DNA of 64,000 nucleotides. Origin: Zootoca vivipara (taxonomy: Eukaryota). The stretch spans positions 30,132,001 to 30,196,000 of the forward strand of contig NC_083290.1 of assembly GCF_963506605.1 (NCBI RefSeq), given 5' to 3'. This document shows, piece after piece, positions 25,936 through 37,442 of this stretch. Position numbers and translations under genes: made by a program. A model generated the notes under the pieces. It was not told the DNA's origin, did no database searches, and saw only the letters and a program-made list of their open reading frames with translations. How positions within the stretch are numbered: the first letter of the stretch is position 1; the number at the start of each line of letters is the position of its first letter.

Positions 25936-28900
25936 TCAGAAGGCCCTGGGCTCCAGCCCAGCATACACCTCCCGCTGGCCTTTCCGGATGGGCTATTGGA
26001 ATAAAGAGGAGAGGTTACTCACCAAGGGTCCTTCTGTGATGGGGCCATTTCTGTCTCCCCCTGGAGAGGCCATGGGGGTCACCAACAAGCAGGGCCTGAT
26101 TACCTCAGGTGAGCAAGCAGCTGCCCACAGAGGGCTGCGGGGCCTTCCTGCCAGGTGTGCCCAGTCTAGCCCTTGGCCCTCCCAGTGCTGATGGCGTTCA
26201 GGCGACAGGTTATTTGGCTGCCCTCCATAGACTCTCCCTCCTGGCCCCTGGCAGCCACCCTCTGCTGTGCTTACCTCATAGTCTGGGTTTGGGACTGGTG
26301 GGGGGCGGTCCACCTTTTGGCCTGGAAGACAATGCAAAGTGGGTATTTGTTAGCACAACCAAGAATTGGAGGTGGTTATTGCAGGATGGTTAACTGTGGG
26401 GCATCAGCCCCTGTCTGCGCATACAAGGAACTCCTGGGTGCTTTAGCTGAAATACTTTGTGTCAGAACGATGGGGCTGTAAAGTCCCCCCCAGCCCAGCC
26501 CAGAGCCACTGCTGCTGCTATGACTTCTGGGCTGGGCCAATCAGGATCCCTGCTGGGGTCTAGCCAGCCAGCCAGCCAGCCACCCAGCTGGTTTCTCCTC
26601 CAGTTCACCCCTTAAAGCAAGCCCTGAACCAGCTGATCCCATCCCAGCAACACCCAGAGGAGCCTTCAGGTCCCCCAAATTCTTAAGCTGTGGGCGTACC
26701 AGAGCCCACCCTTGCCACCAGATCTGCAACCCTCCCCACCTCCAGCTCTGGATGGGAGCCATATATGCTTGGCATTTATTTACCAATCCAACCCCAGCAT
26801 AGACAACTTCCCATTTTCTCTGTGGGACAACGGAGGAAGCCGAAGGCACCCCTGTGGAGAGCCCTGTGGAGAGTACGAGAGTTACTCACCTCGTGTCCGT
26901 CCCCGTGTGCCTCCCCCTGCGGCCCCCCCACCAAAGCTGGTGGCAGGTTTCTTGCTGCGGCAGTAGTAGACCAGGAACATGATCCCCAGGGTAATGAGCA
27001 GGTCAGCAACGATGATGCCGGCCACCAGCCCGATGCTCAGGTCCACGCAGTCATCACAGGCTGCCCAGGAGAGCAAGAGAGTCAAGCCATAGAAACTGGG
27101 GCAGCCCTACTATTAGGCAGCTTGGGGCAAGGAAGGGGTTGGTGCACAGAGCCAGTGGCATAGCATAGGTTGCTGGCGCCTGAGGCGGGTAAAATGTTGC
27201 ATCCCCTGGTGGATTGGGCAGCCCAGAGTCCAGCACAGGAGCAGAGAGGGAATGCTGCTGCAGCCTCTCCTCCTCTCTGCCTAGGAGTAGAGTGGCTCCA
27301 ATCCTGAAGGCCCAGCCCAGGTGCAGCTTCCTTCTCTGTGGCTCTGGCCTCAATGAGGGAGCCTGTTGTGGAAGCGCCTGGTTGCACCCCTTTAAAAAAT
27401 GTATCCGGGGAGACGGCCCCCCACAACCTCACCCATGCTACACTCTGCACAGAACCTACCCTCCAGCCTCTGGATGATGGGTAGGCAAACTAAGGCCCGG
27501 GGGCCAGATCCGGCCCAATTGCCTTCTAAATCCGGCCCTCAGATGGTCTGGGAATCAGCATGTTTTTACATGAGTAAAATGTGTCCTTTTATTTAAAATG
27601 CATCTTTGGGTTATTTGTGGGGCATAGGAATTCGTTCATTCCCCCCACCCCCAAAAAATATAGTCTGCCCCCCCCCAACAAGGTCTGAGGGACAGTGGAG
27701 CGGCCCCCTGCTGAAAAAGTTTGCTGAGCCCTGCTCTGGATGCTCCTACACATACAAGGGGGTGGGTGGGACTTGTCTTGTCCTTCCCTGCAGGCAGCAA
27801 AATGTACTGGGATGTCCAGGCACACTCTGGCTTTGGAGAAAGATCTCACTGGGGTGCGGGGGCTGTCTCCTCCAGTTTTATCCAAGTCTGCTAGGGCCGA
27901 GCAGGCTTTGTTTGCAAGGTCAGGGAATGGATACCCCAGACTTGGCTTCTGGCACAGGAGGAGGAGAAGCTCTTTGCAGTTCCCTTGGATCCCTCCACCT
28001 TCCACATCAGAGGAGCCCTGCAGCTGGGTCAAGCCAAAGGTGGCCCAGCTAGTCCAGTGTCACAGCAGCCAATGAGATGCCCCAAAACAAGGCCCGCAAG
28101 CAGGACAAGAGTGGGACGGCACTCTTCTCCCCCCCCCCTTTCAATTCCACCAACTGGTATTATTCAGAGGCATACTGGGGGGGGGGGTAGAGCATAGTCA
28201 TCCCTCACAGTAGCTCTCGCCTGAAGAAAGCAGAGGATTTCTAGTACCAGAACCTCAAACTTGAGCACTGACCTTTGATTTGCAGATAAATCTTGTTGGA
28301 TGTCTTGCCATCCTGACAGGTGAAGTCACCCTTGACCACTTCGTTGTCATTCATGGCTTCAATGGTCAAGGTTTCATTTTCTCTGGTGACATGATGATTT
28401 CCATTCATTTTATCGTCCTCGTCCCATTTGGCATTTTGTAGAGGGCAGGTGACAGTTACGCGGCGCCCAGAGATGTCCACTTTGTGCGATTCAGAGGATG
28501 AGGCTGGAGAACAGAAGAAAAGACAGGTGACCACAAGGCTAGGGTGAAAAGGTCTCCACTCTGCCTTTTCCTTGGTGCCTCTGGCTGAGAAAGAGCTCTG
28601 ACTTCATTTACCAGCCCCTCAGAAAAGCCTCATCCAAGGCCTTTAGAAACCTTTGGTTCTCTCTCTTTCAGNNNNNNNNNNNNNNNNNNNNNNNNNNNNN
28701 NNNNNNNNNNNNNNNNNNNNNNNNNNNNNNNNNNNNNNNNNNNNNNNNNNNNNNNNNNNNNNNNNNNNNNNNNNNNNNNNNNNNNNNNNNNNNNNNNNNN
28801 NNNNNNNNNNNNNTGGGAGAGCAGAGGTGAGGGAAAAGTAACATCAGCTTCTCCCATCTGTGACAGTTCTCTCTCTACCAGGGCACTTAAGAGGTGCCAA

Positions 28901-30888
28901 GACTCATGCTTTTAACTCAGAGGAGTTTTTATTTGAACCCGACCACAGTTGTTTTAGTCAGGAACATCGGTTAGGATGTTTTCTTTCATATAGCTTTGAA
29001 TCAGAACATTTAGCAGCAGAAATTATGTTGAAGCTGAGGCATATAAATTATGGAAACGCCCCCCCCCCCCCGTTAGCATTTTGTTGTTGTTTAGTCGTGT
29101 CTGACTCTTCATGACCCCATGGACCACAGCACGCCATGCACTCCTGTCTTCCACTGCCTCCCGCAGTTTGGCTAAACACATTTTAGTAGCTTCGAGAACA
29201 CTGTCCAACCATCTCGTCCTCTGTCGTCCCCTTCTCCTTGTGCCCTCAATCTTTCCCAACATCAGGGTCTTTTCCGGGGAGTCTTCTCTTCTCATGAGGT
29301 GGCCAAAGTATTGGAGCCTCAGCTTCAGGATCTGTCCTTCCAGTGAGCACCCAGGGCTGATTTCCTTAAGAATTGATAGGTTTGATCTTCTTGCAGTCCA
29401 TGGGACTCTCAAGAGTCTCCTCCAGCACCAGAATTCAAAAGCATCAATTCTTCGGCGATCAGCCTTCTTTATGGTCCAGCTCTCACTTCCATGCATCACT
29501 ACTGGGAAAACCATAGCTTTAACTATACGGACATTTGTCGGCAAGTTGATGTCTCTGCTTTTTAAGATGCTGTCTAGGTTTGTCATTGCTTTTAGCATAC
29601 CTTCCAACATTTCTCCAATGAAAAAAGGGACATATATTCTATTATTGTTATTATCTCTACCCTGCTCATTTGACTGGGTTGCCCCAGCCACTCTGGGCAG
29701 CTTCCAACATATATCAAACACAATAAAACATTAAACATTTTTTTAAAAACCTTCCCTATACAGGGCTGCCTTCACATGTCTTCTAAGGGTTGTATAGTTA
29801 TGTATCTCCTTGGCTTGGTGGTCGCATAACTCTATACCCTCTAACATTTCTCCAGTGAAAATAGGGGCGTCCTAAGGGGAAAGCAGGACATTCCGGGATC
29901 AAATCAGAAAGCGGAATGGCTTCTGTAAATCTGGGACTGTCCCTGGAAAATAGGGACAAGTACTTGGGGGGGGGGGCGCGCGCGTCTGAGTTAGGTACAG
30001 TATGTGGGTGGGGGACTAGCCCTAATCTGCAGCAGGGCCAAGGTGGGGGGCAAGCTACGCAAGAGAAATGTGGAAGTTAAGATCTCCAGGATTAGTGTCT
30101 GCAAGGAAGCTGCGAGGAATCCAGCTCTGCGCTGCTACTGCTGGGTTGGTTTTCAAAGGATTGAGGGCCTCACCTGCCCAGGGATAGCCTGATCCATGTA
30201 AACATGCTCTTGAGCTTGATGGGGGTGGGGACATTTCCCAGTTCACCCAGTGCCTGTGTCCTTTTCCTGGTGCAATTTAAGCCCCAGTGCCCCAAACCAC
30301 CTATGGCTAGAAACACTTTGAAGCTGCTTGCAGGCAGCTCTGGCACCGTCTAGGAGGGCCCCTCCCTGGTGCCCCAATCATCTCTCCCTCAACAGAACTG
30401 GCTGAAGCATAGAACTGTAGAGCAGGATGGGCCCCCTATGGTCATGTAGTTCAGCCCTCTGCAACGTAGGAATCCTGCCCACAGCCATTCTTGTTCAATG
30501 TTCTGGTTGATAGCCAGATGTACTGATCCACTGCACCACAGCAATGGTCTGGGAGTTTCCTGCGGTGTCAGGAGAGCCTGTTTCAGCATCATCAGCGAGG
30601 GGCAAACTCGTGGACTGGCTGCTCTGATGTAACCCAAATGGGCTCCCATGATGGCAGAGGAGGGCATTGCCTTCGTGCCCAGTTTGTGGGTTTCCAAGTT
30701 CCTCTTGGTGGCCACCGCTAGGAACTGAGGCCTAGATGGACCTTGGAGGGCCCTTTTGACCCAGCAAGGTGATGTGTGTCCTTCTGATGTCCTCCCACCC
30801 AATCCAGCCCTCACACCACAACAAGCCAGGTGTACTTACACAAAGGGAGGACAAGAACAAAGGCTCCGAGACAGACTCCCAGGTGCAT
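25936..30888 (-). CDS. CD3E: T-cell surface glycoprotein CD3 epsilon chain
   Basis: Exons (minus): 30840-30888 (49-nt leader MHLGVCLGAFVLVLPL), 28273-28503 (Ig domain), 26890-27060 (CDDC + TM GIIVADLLITLG), 26275-26321 (RPPPVPNPDYE), 25936-25992 (PIRKGQREVYAGLEPRAF*). PolyA signal on minus strand at 25049-25054. Mini-exon(s) between leader and Ig are unresolved because of the N gap. Confidence 0.96.
27476..27733. mobile_element. hAT-type non-autonomous element in a CD3E intron
   Basis: Imperfect TIRs (GGGTAGGCAAACT...AGTTTGCTGAGCCCTG) and 8-bp TSD CTCTGGAT. Confidence 0.75.
28672..28813. other. Assembly gap (142 N) inside CD3E
   Basis: Run of N. Confidence 1.
29080..29591 (-). mobile_element. 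BovB (RTE) LINE 3' fragment, TSD TTAGCAT
   Basis: Minus ORF ESWTIKKADRRRIDAFEFWCWRRLLRVPWTARRSN...GRQRTRWLD, (CAA)n tail, TSD at 29073-29079 and 29592-29598. Confidence 0.93.
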
Positions 30889-33389
30889 CCTTCTCCGTTT
30901 TCAGCTATCTCCTGGCTCTTGCTTAATTAGACTTCTCTCATCCAATTCGTGCCACCTTGTTTACTCCTGTACAGGGAAAGGGAAGGTATGCTTTTGGGGT
31001 GTCCTGGAATCGCTGAGTAGGAGTCTTGGCAAGTCTATCAGCAAAGAGAGACTGAAGAGACTCAGAGTTTCCACTGCAACATCCTCAGAGCAGCTTGAAG
31101 TGTCTGCGACACACAAGCCCTGCCAGGAAGTACAGAAGCGTAAAGGGCGGGTGGTGGTGGCGGCGGCGGTGCAGCAGCAGCAGCAGAGGCTGCTCTACTA
31201 CAGCTCTCCTGACATGGAGCCCAAAAGGCTGCCGACTGTGGAGGAAAAGGAGGTCTTTGGGACAAGGACAGAACAGAAAGCGGCCCAAAATGAACTCTGG
31301 CCCAAGGTCTCCTCTGAGGCTAGTGCAAGCCCTGCCTCTGTTTCCCCAAGTCAACCCTTTCGACAGCCCCTTATAGGTTTTGGCACCCACTCTGTGGCAA
31401 TGCCTCCCTGTTACCCATATTGTGCCCAGCTGTCCTCCTTGCCCCCTGGGTTGGGTGTTCCTTGCTCCCACCCCAAGGATTCTGCTGGGGGCCTCCCTGC
31501 CCTGGGCTGAGCCCATCTGTTGCAGTAGCTGTTGGCCTCTGTGTGAATTTGGAGTCCCTTAGCTGTGGCTGGATTGCAGTTCTAATCCTGCGGGGCAAGA
31601 CCTGCTGCAAGGGATGTTGGGAGTTGTAGTCCAGCAGCAGAGCCTGGCGCTGTAGGGCTGTTGCTGAGAGGGCTGTAGGAGGACCTCTGGTGGTGTGTGA
31701 ACTTGCAAAAGAAAAAAAAACATAAGATAACACAAGATAAAACTGTCCAAAGTGTGGAGGTTTTTTGCCAGTGCTTTTTTCTGGAAAAAGGTGGGGGAAC
31801 TCACCCCAAGGTTTATTTATTTTTTGCAGTTGTTAAAAAAACCCGGGGGGGGGGGGAGATGGCTTTTGCTTCCCAACTCCCCAAGGGACTGAGTCCTCTA
31901 AGTCCATGGTTAGTCAGAGATGAATGGATGGAGGCAAGATCCATAGAAAATAAGGCAGATCTTTATTTTCTTGTTGCAATGAAGTTCCCTCTCCTCCTTG
32001 CAAAGAGGTAGGAGAGACCCAGAACAATGGTGTGCAAGCCCCTATAAACTTTTGAAATTGCCCACCCTGTGGCCCAAGACCACCCCCCCCAAAAAAATCA
32101 TACATACATCACAGAAGGAGGTGGTCTGCAGCAGATATTTGAGAGGATTGCTTCTCTCCTGCCAGGATACCTGATAATGACTTACTACTTCATTGCCTTT
32201 TCTGGGTAGCCTGGTCATTCCTTTGAGATGGAAAATACTTTGGTTCCAGAATCTCTTGCACATATTGATAGTTTGCTCAGCTTAACAGACTGTATTTGCA
32301 GGGAGGTGTAAAAAGACAATTGTAAAGTCCAGAGACAATGGGAAAGCTTTGCCCATTTCCTTCCTCCTTGCAGAGAAATATTTGAGGTCAATTTGGGAGA
32401 GCCGAAAGGGTTTCAGGATTGCTCTCCTGTACCATTTCAGACACTTGGTTTATATACTTATGTATGTGTTTGCCTGGTAAATTTATGAACATCTATTCCA
32501 TATTTGAGACCTTAGAATTCTTATAACGCAGGCCCAGTCACAGTGCCCAACCCTGGCTAAATGTAATGTGTGATTAATAAAATCAAGCCCACAGTGATCT
32601 GGATTAGAAATAGCCACAACTTTATTGATTACAGATGTAGGTGAATTTTTGACTCAGGCATTGGGTGTATATCCATTCCAGCCGCTACCCCCCCCCCACC
32701 CTGGACAACCCCCCCCCACAATTATTTGTTTTTTAAAAGGTAAGGGAACTCTATTCTCCATAACAGCATATGTTAATGACAGGAGTTCTGATATGGGAGG
32801 CAAGTGGAGTGTGTGTGCTCCTTGTTGGGGAGGCATTGATCCTCCATGTCCCCCTTCTGGGCTGGCACCTCTTACAGGGCAGCATGTGAATACAAGTGCA
32901 TTGTTGTGAATCACCCCCAAACAGAGGCACCAGATTTTGCAATGGCATCCTGTTCCTGAGAAGGGAAGTTTGGTTTTGGCTTGGAGAGGCAGAAGAAGAG
33001 CCTCCATCACTGGAAGTCCAGCTGGCATGTTCAAGCAAGCTTCACTGCAACAGCTCTTGGCAAGTCTGTTGACCGCTCTCTGTAAATCTCTGCCAGCCTC
33101 CCTTATCATTTTTAAATTTAAAAACAAAATAACACAGATTCTTTCTGGAAGCTTTAAACCAAGAATGGTTAAACGAATGCCACTTCTTCCCCTTTTCCTC
33201 TCCTCCCCCCCCATCTACTAATCAAATACTTTTAATCACCTAAAAGGCTCTTTCCAGTAGATGTCCCCAAATATGCCAATTTTTTTCCCCTTTATGTACT
33301 CAGCTGAAAAGAGGAATGGAGATACACTTTTAGAATCCATTTCTCAAACTCTTCCTGGTTGGCACCATTCGAAAACTTTTAAACACCCA

Positions 33390-33830
33390 TACACCATACC
33401 TTCCAACATTTCTCTAATGAAAATAGGGACGTCCCATTCCATAATGATAATTTTACTATTTATACCCCACACATCTTACTGGATTGCCCCGGCCACTCTG
33501 GGCAGCTTCCAACATGTATATAAAAACATAATAGAACATTGAACAATAAAAAACCTTCCCTATAAAGGGATTGACTTCAGATGGCTCGGGGGTTTGATAA
33601 CTCCATACCCTCCAACATTTCTCCAATTAAAAATAGAGACATCCTATCATACCCTCCAACATTTCTCCAATTAAAAATAGAGACATCCTATCATACCCTC
33701 CAACATTTCCCCAATGAAAATAGGGGCATCCTAAGGAAAAGTGGGGCATTCCAGGATCAAATCAGAAACCGGGATGTCTTCTCTAAATCAGGGATGTCCC
33801 TGGAAAATAGGGACACTTGGAGAGTCTGCA
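33390..33830. mobile_element. Non-autonomous repeat (CATACCCTCCAACATT family) with 3x 44-bp tandem units; related copy at ~29596-29965
   Basis: Units start at 33604, 33648 and 33692. Both copies embed a piece of an L2 3' end. Confidence 0.7.
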
Positions 33831-33870
33831 TACACTGCCGGAAAGACTTAACTATTCCTATTATTTTGAG

Positions 33871-34157
33871 TAGTTACAGGTAGGTAGCCGTGTTGGTCTG
33901 ACGCAGTCAAAATAAAAATAAAAAATCCTTCCAGTAGCACCTTAGAGACCAACCAAGTTTGTCATAGGTATGAGCTTTCGCGTGCATGCACATAACAGAA
34001 GTGAAACAGAAGTGAAACAGAAGTAATATACATAAGGGTCTGGTTACTTCTGTTTCAGTGTATCTGAAGAAGTGTGCATGCACACGAAAGCTCATACCTA
34101 TGACAAACTTGGTTGGTCTCTAAGGTGCTACTGGAAGGATTTTTTATTTTTATTTTG
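33871..34157 (+). mobile_element. Penelope-like element remnant (inverted terminal repeats) with 14-bp TSD
   Basis: Inverted arms 33908-33992 / 34073-34157. TSD CCTATTATTTTGAG at 33857-33870 and 34158-34171. Contains a hammerhead motif. Confidence 0.85.
34060..34097 (+). ncRNA. Minimal type I hammerhead ribozyme (Penelope-associated)
   Basis: GUAU-CUGAAGA-A-GUGUGCAUGCACAC-GAAA-GC-UC^AUAC: conserved core, palindromic helix II, 4-bp helix I, self-complementary AGCU helix III. Confidence 0.75.
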
Positions 34158-34789
34158 CCTATTATTTTGAGCTCAACTTGGGCATAAAAGCTGGTGCCTT
34201 TCCCAGATAGGAATCTTTTGATCAATAAATACTAAAAATCCTCAAATAAATACTTGCAGGTGTTCAGGCTCACTCCCCTCTCTCTTCCTTGGCAAGCCCA
34301 TCAGCAGGCAAAACCCTCACTCTCTCCCTTCTTCCCCTATACAGTATTCAGGTTTCAGCCCCATCGGGCCCTTCTTTCTTGCAGAGATCGCCTCCCCTTC
34401 ATAGAACCACAGAGTCCGAAGGGAACCCCATGGGTCATCTAGTCCAACCCCCTGCGATCCAGGGATCTCAGCTAAAGCATCCATGACAGATGACCATCGA
34501 AACCTCTGCTTAAAAACCTCCATGCCCCAAACTCTTCCAGTTGCTTTCTTCCGATTCTTGCCCCCAAACCTTCCCTAGACCCCTTACCCAACCCCCCTTC
34601 CTCCTCTGCAAACCTCCCCTTCTCTTCCCAGAGCAAGTAACCCTTTCAGCACTCCAGCCAAATTTCCTCCTCCTAGCCAACAACAACTTTTTTGCCTGGC
34701 CACATCTCCTAGTTTTCCTTTGTGTTATCCAAGTGAGGCCTGGCCGAAAGGCTCAGCATCTTTTTCTTTTTGCCTTAGCCCCATCCCCG

Positions 34790-35600
34790 GCCGTCCATTG
34801 TCCTACCTGGCCGGGGGCGGGTCAAAGGCCAACCTGAGCTGGTGGGAGGCACCCGCCCAGGTAAGCCCCGCTCTGTGCCGCAAACCCCGCCCACCTGTGG
34901 GGAAGGGAGGGCGGAAATTGCGAATTAGGGGGAGCCATCTCTCCCAGGCCACCCAGGGCTGATCCAGACGCAGGAGTTCGGAACCACACCGAGGAGACCC
35001 AAACCGACGGGCTGGAGAAAAGGTGAAGCCCCATCCAACCTTCAAAGGCAGAAGGGGAGGTGGGGGAGCAGCTGAACGCCGGGAGAAGCAGGGAGGGAGC
35101 CCGGCCATGCGCTCTGCTTTAGAGCAGATCCCGAAGCAAAACAAGGGAGGAAAGGAGAAGCGGGGAGATCATCCCCACGTTTCGCTCCGTCTCCGGATCT
35201 CCCCCCCCCCAACAAATGGGAGACCCAGGTTCAGACCCGGGTCCCGAGTCGCCAGCGACTCTAACATTTTGGGGAGAGGGACGCAGCGACCGCGCCACCG
35301 GAGAGCCGGGACCGCGAGGCTCAGGAGGAGGACCGCGGCGACTTCTGACGCTGCCTCCTTGAAATCACTGCTGTCGCTTTGACCCTCGGCCAGCTGGGCC
35401 TGCGGAGCCGGCTACCGTGGGTCGGGACCCCCCAAGCCCAGCCGGTCCGCTTTGGACTGGGTGAGAGCGGAGGAGACGGAGAATGGTGGCGCCCACGAAG
35501 GAAGCCTGAGCCGACAAAGGCTTCCTCCTGCCTACGCTACCGATCTCCAAGCCTCGTGAGTTCCGAAACGCAGTAAAAAACATCCTCAGGTTGGTGCGCT
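34790..35600. promoter_or_regulatory. Orphan CpG island between CD3E and MPZL2
   Basis: High CpG density, GC box GGGGGCGGG at ~34813, strong donor CAG|GTAAGC at 34860/61. Not at the start of either flanking gene. Confidence 0.55.
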
Positions 35601-36241
35601 CCAACGGAGACTTTAAGAAATAAACAAACATATACATTTTAAAAAATATTTTCTTTAGTGGGGCAATCCCCCTTTTTCTTTTAATCAATTTTCCTTATTT
35701 TTACTATTTTGACGTTTATTTCTTAATCATTACCCCTCCCCGCTTTTTAATATATTTTTTTAAAAAAATATTACTACCGGTACTATTACTACTATTATCA
35801 TTGCTTTCTCCTTTCCCCACCTTTTCTTCTTTCCTTATTAATTTTATCACCATTAGCATTATTATTGTTCTCAATATTTGAATTCCCCACCCTTCCCAGC
35901 ACACCAGGGAGACTGGAGAAAGATATGTTAGCTATGCAGCAGAAATAAACCAGGACTTGGAGTCAGGGAGACTGAACAATACTTTCAAACTTTTTAAATT
36001 CATAACTTTCGCCTCCCCCCCCCGCATTCTTTTGGGTGGGTATATATGTTTTTTATTTCACATTTTAACTTTAATCTTCATTCTGATTTTTATTTTTTAC
36101 TTTAAATTTTTAACTTTACCTTCCATTTTTAAACTTAACTCTCTACCTTGATTTTTGACCTTCATCTTTAAATTCTTATCCTTACCCTTATACTTTTTAT
36201 TTGCACATCTTCATTTTTCTTCTTATTTCAATATTTTACAC

Positions 36242-36338
36242 CAGGCATCCCCAAACTTCGGCCCTCCAGATGTTTTGGACTACAATTCCCATCTTCCCTG
36301 ACCACTGGATCTGGAGGGCCGCAGTTTGGGGATGCCTG
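36242..36338. mobile_element. hAT MITE
   Basis: TIR CAGGCATCCCCAAACT...AGTTTGGGGATGCCTG, TSD TTTTACAC. Confidence 0.85.
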
Positions 36339-37181
36339 TTTTACACACACAATCCCCTACCACCACCCATCCTCCCCTTCTTTCCCCTTGTATCAGGGCC
36401 ATAGCTAGGGGGAGCTGAAGTGAACCTCCGCCAGGGGCGCAGACTAGGGAGGGGTGCAAAATGGGCTTAAAATATGTCCATAAATGTCTGTAAATGAAAA
36501 TATCATTTATTGCATCATAAGAAAAGTTTTTTTAATACAGTAGAGGTTGAATTGAATGGGTGGAGGAGAGGCGGATAGAAGAGCTAATTTGTCCGTGGCT
36601 AGGGGGCACAATCTGGACGGTTCTGTCAGGGGTGCAAGATCACCCAGCTACGGCTCTGCCCTGTACATTTTTACTTGTCTCTTGTATGCTTGCATGTTTG
36701 TCCTTCTCTCTGGTAGTTTGTCCTTGTTTGTCTGTCCATCATTCTGCCACCAGGGTTAACTCAGCCACTGCGGCCCAAGAGAAGCCCTTGGACCAACCAA
36801 CCTGCTCCTGGGAGGTCAGTTGTCCTTAGGGAAGCAAGAGCGAAAGAAAGGCATGGAAAAAGGAAAGAGCCTCACCAAAATCAACGACTGCAACATTTAA
36901 TACCCACAGCCCAGATGCAACAGTGACTGCTGCCTAAGCCCAGAGCTCTGAATAAACCACCCAACAGCAAAGCCTGTATGACCTACAGTACTAACATTCA
37001 CAGAGAACTCTCCCCCCATAAACACGAGGGGTACGTAAGGTGAAAGCAAGGCACAACAGCAAGAGACCTGCAACACCCCACCCCCACTGCCAAAAGCCAC
37101 CACACACAACCTGAAAGAGGGGTCGACGGGAAAGCCAAATTGGCCACAACCAAGGGCAATACCAAAACCACAGAGACTGCC

Positions 37182-37442
37182 ATGGGCCCAGAAAACAGTA
37201 ACACAATACAACCACAACAGGACCCAGAAGACGTTGACCAGGAAGTTAAAGAAACCACTAAAGCAATGGCTAAACTGATGAAACAATTAGAAGAGATGGT
37301 GGCCAAGGTCAGTACTCTCAGAGGCAGCGTTACCGCCTTGGAGAGGAAGAACCAGATACAAGGAAAGCATTTAAAACAACTACATAAAGAAAACAGGGAG
37401 CTGAAAAGCAAGCTAGCGGACCTCGAGAAACGCTTATCTTAA
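37182..37442 (+). other. Candidate 86-aa coiled-coil ORF (L1 ORF1p-like) in a putative terminal exon 36754-~37520
   Basis: GCCATGG Kozak, heptad-patterned C-terminus ...LKSKLADLEKRLS*, upstream acceptor at 36753, AATAAA 37498-37503. Coding status unproven. Confidence 0.35.

Noticed and set aside
30830-31510. 226-aa + strand ORF
   Set aside because: Antisense to the CD3E leader/5' region, non-ATG start, low-complexity content, no recognisable domain.
33604-33735. CRISPR-like array (also 3346-3408 and 21084-21350)
   Set aside because: Head-to-tail tandem duplications without unique spacers, in a vertebrate genome.
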